Notes under the pieces: model-generated | Seen by the model: only the letters and a program-made list of their open reading frames with translations | Told to the model about the DNA's origin: nothing | Database searches by the model: none | Source: Candidatus Omnitrophota bacterium | Lineage (GTDB): Bacteria; Omnitrophota; Gorgyraeia; S143-82 | DNA length: 64,000 nt | Reading direction: 5' to 3' | NCBI GenBank assembly: GCA_015494465.1 | Contig: WGBD01000004.1 | Span: 4,627 to 68,626 of the forward strand | In this document: positions 58,238 to 64,000 of the stretch, piece after piece | How the letters are laid out: the number at the start of each line of letters is the position of its first letter | How positions within the stretch are numbered: the first letter of the stretch is position 1 | Made by a program: the position numbers and the translations under genes

Positions 58238-59060
58238 GGCCCTCCCCCGTTGGTCCTGGATATTCGTCTGGATCCTTTCCCCGTTTTACCTCCTGCGCAG
58301 GGACCAAGTAAGACGGAACCTCAAACGGGCCTTTCCGGAGTTGGATCTCACGGGCATAGATGCCCTTGGCTGGCGGTCGTTCCGCTCTACGGTGGTTTCG
58401 CTCATGGATGTCCTGTGGTGGTGCGGTTGGCACTCCCGGGATCCGGAGAAGGCAAGGAGGTGGTTTGCAGGGGAGGGAGTCAGGTTCAGCGACGATTCTA
58501 TAAGGGAGGCCTTGGTCAGGAATGGGGGGATCGTCTGCACCGGGCACTTTTCCACCTTTCCGGTGATTCCTCAGTACTTTGCCCTGTTCAAACCCACAGG
58601 AGTGTTTCTGAAAAAGGTGAAGAATCCATTTATACAATCTAGACTGGACTGGCTCTTGCGAAGTATGGGGGTGATACCGCTCTATGTGGACGAAAAAGGT
58701 GCGCTCAAGAGGGCAGTGGAGATCCTGCAGGAGGAGGGGATCGTGGTGGTGTTGTTGGACCAGCACTTCGGCAGGAAGGGCAGGGTGGAGGTGGAGTTCT
58801 TCGGGCACAGGGCCTTCTCTGCGGGTGGCGTAGTGGAACTTGCCCGGAAGGTGGAGAAGGAGATATGGGCCTGTCTGGTGAAGAGGCGGGAGGATCACTT
58901 TGAGATAACCTATGTCAGGCGTCTGTCCTCTCCGGGGATGGCTGTGGAAGGCCAAAAGATTGTTCAGGATTTCACAAACTTGCTGGAGCGTGCTATAATG
59001 GACAGTCCGGAAGACTGGTTGTGGCTCCACCGCAGGTGGAAGGATCTGGACAAGAGATGA
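58197..59060 (+). CDS. Lipid A lauroyl/myristoyl acyltransferase family protein
   Basis: GH, KNP, LLDQ, VEFFG, WLWLHRRWK. Confidence 0.85.
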   Translation: MRWLCRILDRIGFKALPRWSWIFVWILSPFYLLRRDQVRRNLKRAFPELDLTGIDALGWRSFRSTVVSLMDVLWWCGWHSRDPEKARRWFAGEGVRFSDDSIREALVRNGGIVCTGHFSTFPVIPQYFALFKPTGVFLKKVKNPFIQSRLDWLLRSMGVIPLYVDEKGALKRAVEILQEEGIVVVLLDQHFGRKGRVEVEFFGHRAFSAGGVVELARKVEKEIWACLVKRREDHFEITYVRRLSSPGMAVEGQKIVQDFTNLLERAIMDSPEDWLWLHRRWKDLDKR

Positions 59061-59794
59061 GACTGCGAGTAGATCTGGGATACGACGGCACGGACTTCTT
59101 CGGCTGGCAGGTCCAGAGGGATGTGCGTACGGTTCAGGGCGTGCTGGAGGAGGTATTTTCCAAGGTCTTGGGGAGGAAAGTGAGGGTGATAGGCGCGGGG
59201 AGGACGGATACCGGCGTCCACGCGAGGCATCAGGTGGCCAGTTTTGATGTGGAGGATGGGTCGTTGTCTATACCGGTGGATAGGCTTAAGCAGGTATTCA
59301 ATTCTTACCTGCCTAAGGATGTGAGGGTCTACGAGGTCAGGCAGGTGGATGGGGATTTCCATCCCCAGTTCTCTGCCAAGGGCAAGGTCTATCGCTACTT
59401 CTTCTTCTCGGGCTGGGAAAACCCGGTATTGAGCAGGTATGCCCTGTGGCTTCCGGACAGGGATGTATTTGAGCGGTTGAGAGGGATCGTGGGAAGGTTC
59501 TCGGGAAGGCGCGACTTCCTTGCCTTTGCCTGCAGGAATAACACCGAGGTAGAGGAATTGGATACGGTTCGGGATCTGGAGTGTGGATACGGTGAACTGG
59601 CGGACCTGTTTTATCTGGAATTCCGGGCGAGGGGATTCCTCTACCGGATGGTCCGCCGGCTGGTGGGCCTGGCCTTGGAGATAGCGCAAGGAAGATTTGA
59701 GGAATCGATAATAGATAGGGTCTTTTCGGGGGAGACCGTCCACTGGACGACCGCCCCCGCGAACGGCCTGTTCCTGTGGGAGGTGATCTATTGA
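59057..59794 (+). CDS. truA: tRNA pseudouridine(38-40) synthase
   Basis: YDGTDFFGWQ, GRTDTGVHA, FLYRMVR, TAPANGL. Confidence 0.96.
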   Translation: MRLRVDLGYDGTDFFGWQVQRDVRTVQGVLEEVFSKVLGRKVRVIGAGRTDTGVHARHQVASFDVEDGSLSIPVDRLKQVFNSYLPKDVRVYEVRQVDGDFHPQFSAKGKVYRYFFFSGWENPVLSRYALWLPDRDVFERLRGIVGRFSGRRDFLAFACRNNTEVEELDTVRDLECGYGELADLFYLEFRARGFLYRMVRRLVGLALEIAQGRFEESIIDRVFSGETVHWTTAPANGLFLWEVIY

Positions 59795-61209
59795 TGGACG
59801 GCTTCATACCGACGGAAAAGATAGAGGATCTTCTGGCGAGGGAGGAAAAGGAGGATGCGTTCCGCCTCCGGGACATCCTCCAGAAGGCCTTGGCGATAGA
59901 GACCCTTTCTCCTGAGGAGGTGGCCTATCTTGTGAAGATAAGATCTCCGGAGCTGTGGGAGGAGGTGGAAAGGACCGCTCTGGAGGTAAAGAAGCGGGTG
60001 TACGACAATCGAATAGTGACCTTCGCCCCCTTGTATCTGGCAAATCTCTGCGTGAACAATTGCCTCTACTGTGGATTCCGCAGGGACAATCACCTAATGC
60101 GCAGGATGGTCCTTGATCTGGACAGGGTGGTAGAGGAGACGAAGGTCCTCTGCGGTGAGATAGGGCACAAGCGCCTGATCGTGGTCTATGGGGAACACCC
60201 CCAAACCGGGATAGACTACATCTGCTCCACCATCGAGTCGATATACTCGGTAAGGGTGCCCACCCGTAGGGGATACGGCTCGATACGACGGGTCAATGTG
60301 AACGCTCCACCGATGGATGTGGACGAATTAAGAAGGTTAAAGGAGGTCGGCATAGGGACCTATCAGGTCTTTCAGGAGACCTATCACCGGCCCACTTACG
60401 AGCAGGTCCATCCCAACGGGACCCGCAAGCACGACTACCTGTGGAGGCTGTACGTTATGCATCGGGCGATGGAGGCAGGGATAGACGATGTGGGTTTGGG
60501 GGTGCTCTTTGGCCTGTACGACTGGCGGTTTGAGGTAATCGCCTTGGTGTACCATGCCCTGGAACTGGAGAGGGAGTTCAACATAGGTCCACATACGATA
60601 TCCTTCCCGAGGCTCGAACCCGCCATAAACACCCCTTACGTCCAGGAGGCGAGGTATAAAGTATCCGACGGCGACTTCCTCAGGTTGATAACCATATTGA
60701 GACTGGCGGTTCCTTATACCGGACTGATCATAACCGCGAGGGAACCTGCCTGGATAAGGGATAGGGCAATACAGTTGGGGATAACCCAGACCGATGCGGA
60801 TACCCGGATAGGTATAGGTGCTTATTCGGACAGGATTACCGAGCAGGAGCTGGACCGTCAGCAGTTTCAACTTGGAGACACAAGGGGTCTCGACGAACTG
60901 ATCAGGGACCTTGCGGACATGGGCTACATCACCTCCTTTTGCACCGCGGGATACCGCTGTGGCCGGACTGGAGAGACGATAATGCACCTGCTCAAGAGCG
61001 GTGAAGAGGGTAAGTTCTGCAAACTCAACGCCATCCTCACCTTCAAGGAGTGGCTGGAGGACTTCGCCTCTGAAGAGACCAAACGAGTAGGGGAGCGGTT
61101 GATAGAGAGGGAGATGGAGGAGGTAAAGAGCCGGTTCCCCGAATTGTACCCGGCCCTTCAGAGGTATTATCAAGAGCTGGAGGTGGGCAAGAGGGATCTG
61201 TACTTTTAG
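59794..61209 (+). CDS. hydG: [FeFe]-hydrogenase H-cluster radical SAM maturase HydG
   Basis: FAPLY, CVNNCLYC, RRVNVN, FQETY, GPHTISFPR, C-terminal CX5CX19C. Confidence 0.88.
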   Translation: MDGFIPTEKIEDLLAREEKEDAFRLRDILQKALAIETLSPEEVAYLVKIRSPELWEEVERTALEVKKRVYDNRIVTFAPLYLANLCVNNCLYCGFRRDNHLMRRMVLDLDRVVEETKVLCGEIGHKRLIVVYGEHPQTGIDYICSTIESIYSVRVPTRRGYGSIRRVNVNAPPMDVDELRRLKEVGIGTYQVFQETYHRPTYEQVHPNGTRKHDYLWRLYVMHRAMEAGIDDVGLGVLFGLYDWRFEVIALVYHALELEREFNIGPHTISFPRLEPAINTPYVQEARYKVSDGDFLRLITILRLAVPYTGLIITAREPAWIRDRAIQLGITQTDADTRIGIGAYSDRITEQELDRQQFQLGDTRGLDELIRDLADMGYITSFCTAGYRCGRTGETIMHLLKSGEEGKFCKLNAILTFKEWLEDFASEETKRVGERLIEREMEEVKSRFPELYPALQRYYQELEVGKRDLYF

Positions 61210-61246
61210 CTCTCTTTAGTTGCCCTCTTCGTTTTTTGAGGTTAGA

Positions 61247-62365
61247 ATGAACCCTATGGATCGCGTTTTCGTCTCCACCCAGAAGGCAGTCTTTGGAGAG
61301 GGGCTCGAACTGGAGAGCGGACGCAAGATAGCCCCTCTGGAGATTGCCTATGAGACTTATGGAACATTGAACGAGAACCGCTCCAATGCAGTCCTGATCT
61401 GCCACGCCCTCTCAGGAAGCGCCCACGCAGCCTTCTGGCATCCTGACGATAGGAAACCGGGGTGGTGGGACGCCTTTATCGGTCCGGGCAAGGCCATAGA
61501 TACGAATAAGTTCTTCGTGGTCTGCTCGAATGTGATCGGGAGCTGTTACGGATCTTCGGGGCCGTTGTCTATAAACCCGGATACTGGCAAGCCCTACGGA
61601 TTGGACTTTCCGGTGGTTACCATTAACGACATGGTGAATGCCCAGGTGAAGTTGACGGAGTATCTGGGGATTAAGCGCTGGCTCTGCGTCATAGGTGGCT
61701 CTATGGGAGGGATGCAGGTCCTCTCCTGGGCCTTCCGCTATCCGGAGATGGTGTTTTCAGCGGTACCCATAGCCACGACCATGCAGCACACCGCCCAGCA
61801 GATCGCCTTCAATGCTGTGGGGAGGCAGGCAATCATGCGTGACCCCAACTGGAACAACGGAGATTATTACGGGAAGGAACCACCCTATCAGGGACTAGCG
61901 GTGGCCCGTATGATAGGGCACATAACCTATCTGAGCGATGAGGCGATGAACATAAAGTTTGCCCGCAGGTTAAAGGAGAAGGAGCAGTACGGGTACGATT
62001 TTTCCATAGACTTTGAGATCGAGAGCTATCTAGATTACCAAGGGGATTCCTTCGTCCAGCGGTTCGATGCCAACTCTTACCTCTACCTTACTAAGGCGAT
62101 AGACTACTTCGACCTGGCTTCGGACATAACGCCGGAGAAGATCTCAAGGATAGGGACCAAGTTCCTCGTCTTGAGCTTTTCCTCTGATTGGTTGTATCCG
62201 CCTTCGCAGGTAGAGGAGATTGCCAAGTTATTGGAGGCCCACAACAAGGATGTAAGTTATTGCTGTATCTCCTGTGATTACGGGCACGACTCATTCTTGC
62301 TATATAACCAGATGCAGGAACGACTGATAAAGGGTTTCTTGGAGCACCTGTTGTCAGAGGTGTAA
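61247..62365 (+). CDS. metX: Homoserine O-acetyltransferase
   Basis: CHALSG, GWW, GGSMGGMQ nucleophile, RFDANSY, GHDSF. Confidence 0.95.
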   Translation: MNPMDRVFVSTQKAVFGEGLELESGRKIAPLEIAYETYGTLNENRSNAVLICHALSGSAHAAFWHPDDRKPGWWDAFIGPGKAIDTNKFFVVCSNVIGSCYGSSGPLSINPDTGKPYGLDFPVVTINDMVNAQVKLTEYLGIKRWLCVIGGSMGGMQVLSWAFRYPEMVFSAVPIATTMQHTAQQIAFNAVGRQAIMRDPNWNNGDYYGKEPPYQGLAVARMIGHITYLSDEAMNIKFARRLKEKEQYGYDFSIDFEIESYLDYQGDSFVQRFDANSYLYLTKAIDYFDLASDITPEKISRIGTKFLVLSFSSDWLYPPSQVEEIAKLLEAHNKDVSYCCISCDYGHDSFLLYNQMQERLIKGFLEHLLSEV

Positions 62366-62367
62366 GC

Positions 62368-62964
62368 ATGGCGATCAATAGGCGAAGGGACTATCAGCTC
62401 ATAGAAGAGATCGTATCTGAAGGGGCTAGGGTACTGGATCTGGGATGCGGAGAGGGGGATCTCCTCTTGGCCCTCAAGCGCTACAGACGGGTCAAGGGAT
62501 ATGGGATAGAGGTGAAGGAGGAGAAGGTTGCCTCCTGCGTAGAGAAGGGCCTGGAGGTCCATCACGGGGATCTTGAGTCGCTCGTGGGGATCTATCCCAA
62601 CGACTCCTTCGATTATGTGATCCTGTCCCGGACGATACAGGAGATCCGGAATCCCCAACATGTCCTGCGCGAGATAGTCCGGATTGGCAGACAAGCCATC
62701 GTGAGCTTCCCCAATTTTGCTCATTGGAAGATAAGATTTCACCTCATGTTCAAGGGTACTGCACCCAAAAATCCGGCCCTCCCCTACGAGTGGTACAACT
62801 CACCTAATGTTCACTACCTTAGCATAAAGGACTTCTATAAGTTCTGTGCCTCTCATGGAATAGAAGTTTTGCGGGCGGAATTCTTTACTGGCTATTCCAA
62901 GGTCAGTTTCTGGCCAAACTTCTTCGCTGAAGAGGCCTTATTCCTTATCAAAAGGGCAGAATAG
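62368..62964 (+). CDS. metW: Methionine biosynthesis protein MetW
   Basis: VLDLGCGEG, SFPNFAHW, LPYEWY; directly after metX. Confidence 0.93.
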   Translation: MAINRRRDYQLIEEIVSEGARVLDLGCGEGDLLLALKRYRRVKGYGIEVKEEKVASCVEKGLEVHHGDLESLVGIYPNDSFDYVILSRTIQEIRNPQHVLREIVRIGRQAIVSFPNFAHWKIRFHLMFKGTAPKNPALPYEWYNSPNVHYLSIKDFYKFCASHGIEVLRAEFFTGYSKVSFWPNFFAEEALFLIKRAE

Positions 62965-62991
62965 TTAGCACTTCTCATAGTTGTTTGCAAA
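62965..62991. promoter_or_regulatory. Degenerate CIRCE (HrcA operator) upstream of the groES promoter
   Basis: TTAGCACTT-N9-GTTTGCAAA versus consensus TTAGCACTC-N9-GAGTGCTAA. Confidence 0.6.
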
Positions 62992-62998
62992 AAAAATC

Positions 62999-63027
62999 TT
63001 GACACGCTGTGCCTGGCTGAGTAAAAT
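62999..63027 (+). promoter_or_regulatory. sigma70-type promoter for groES-groEL
   Basis: TTGACA-N17-TAAAAT. Confidence 0.85.
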
Positions 63028-63053
63028 TAGCAATCCCAGAGGTGGAGTGATAA
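63027..63053. promoter_or_regulatory. CIRCE (HrcA operator) over the TSS
   Basis: TTAGCAATC-N9-GAGTGATAA. Confidence 0.85.
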
Positions 63054-63096
63054 TTTAGGTGGATTGTCACTTTCTGATCAAAGAGGAGGTGGAAGC

Positions 63097-63390
63097 ATGA
63101 AGTTCAGACCGCTTGGAGACCGGGTCTTGATCAAGGTATTGGAGGCAGAAGAGAAGACAAAGGGTGGTATAGTCCTGCCGGACACTGCCAAAGAGCGCCC
63201 ACAGCAAGGAAAGGTAATCGCCGTGGGCAAAGGCAAACTCCTGGAGAACGGAGAGATAAAACCTTTAGAGGTAAAAGAAGGCGATATCGTGGTGTTCAGC
63301 AAGTATGCTGGCACCGAGGTGCGTACCAAGGATGGAGAGGAATACCTCATATTGCGTGAGGACGACATCTTGGCAATCGTGGAGGAATAA
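63097..63390 (+). CDS. groES: Co-chaperonin GroES
   Basis: [30 protein letters not shown]. Confidence 0.98.
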   Translation: MKFRPLGDRVLIKVLEAEEKTKGGIVLPDTAKERPQQGKVIAVGKGKLLENGEIKPLEVKEGDIVVFSKYAGTEVRTKDGEEYLILREDDILAIVEE

Positions 63391-63396
63391 GTCTAA

Positions 63397-64000
<604 letters not shown>

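Noticed and set aside
63064-63096. TTG-start extension of GroES, and a third CIRCE at TTGTCACTT
   Set aside because: ATG 63097 follows GGAGGT and matches the GroES N-terminus; the putative CIRCE has no right arm.

Overview
This is a gene-dense, mostly plus-strand stretch of core bacterial chromosome. The organism looks like an anaerobic diderm: it has two LpxL-type acyltransferases, GT9 proteins, HydG, Rex, PPDK and a PPi-type Pfk. Purine-rich coding with heavy ATA/AGG codon use suggests a thermophile, and gene content plus one large secreted protein recall Omnitrophota (inference, not searched). The window holds about 60 CDS for translation, MEP isoprenoid, His/Met/BCAA and polyamine synthesis, envelope functions and groES-groEL (groEL truncated), four tRNAs (Arg-TCT, His-GTG, Ser-CGA, Thr-CGT), several sigma70-type promoters and two CIRCE operators. 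I saw no integrase, transposase, prophage, CRISPR array or rRNA. The main unexplained signals are: (1) a 4-codon uORF (MKDT) whose stop codon overlaps the likely SD of speD, in a speD-speE-speD-like operon; (2) a promoter-bounded ~95-nt three-way-junction RNA between rpe and a lolD-like gene; (3) a 36-bp hairpin repeat found twice; (4) a 1060-aa, possibly leaderless secreted protein with an internal Tat-like signal and a possible His/Cys dyad; (5) a FecR-like protein with a Cys-rich insert next to a pilin-like gene; (6) a candidate S15 leader that contains an embedded promoter.
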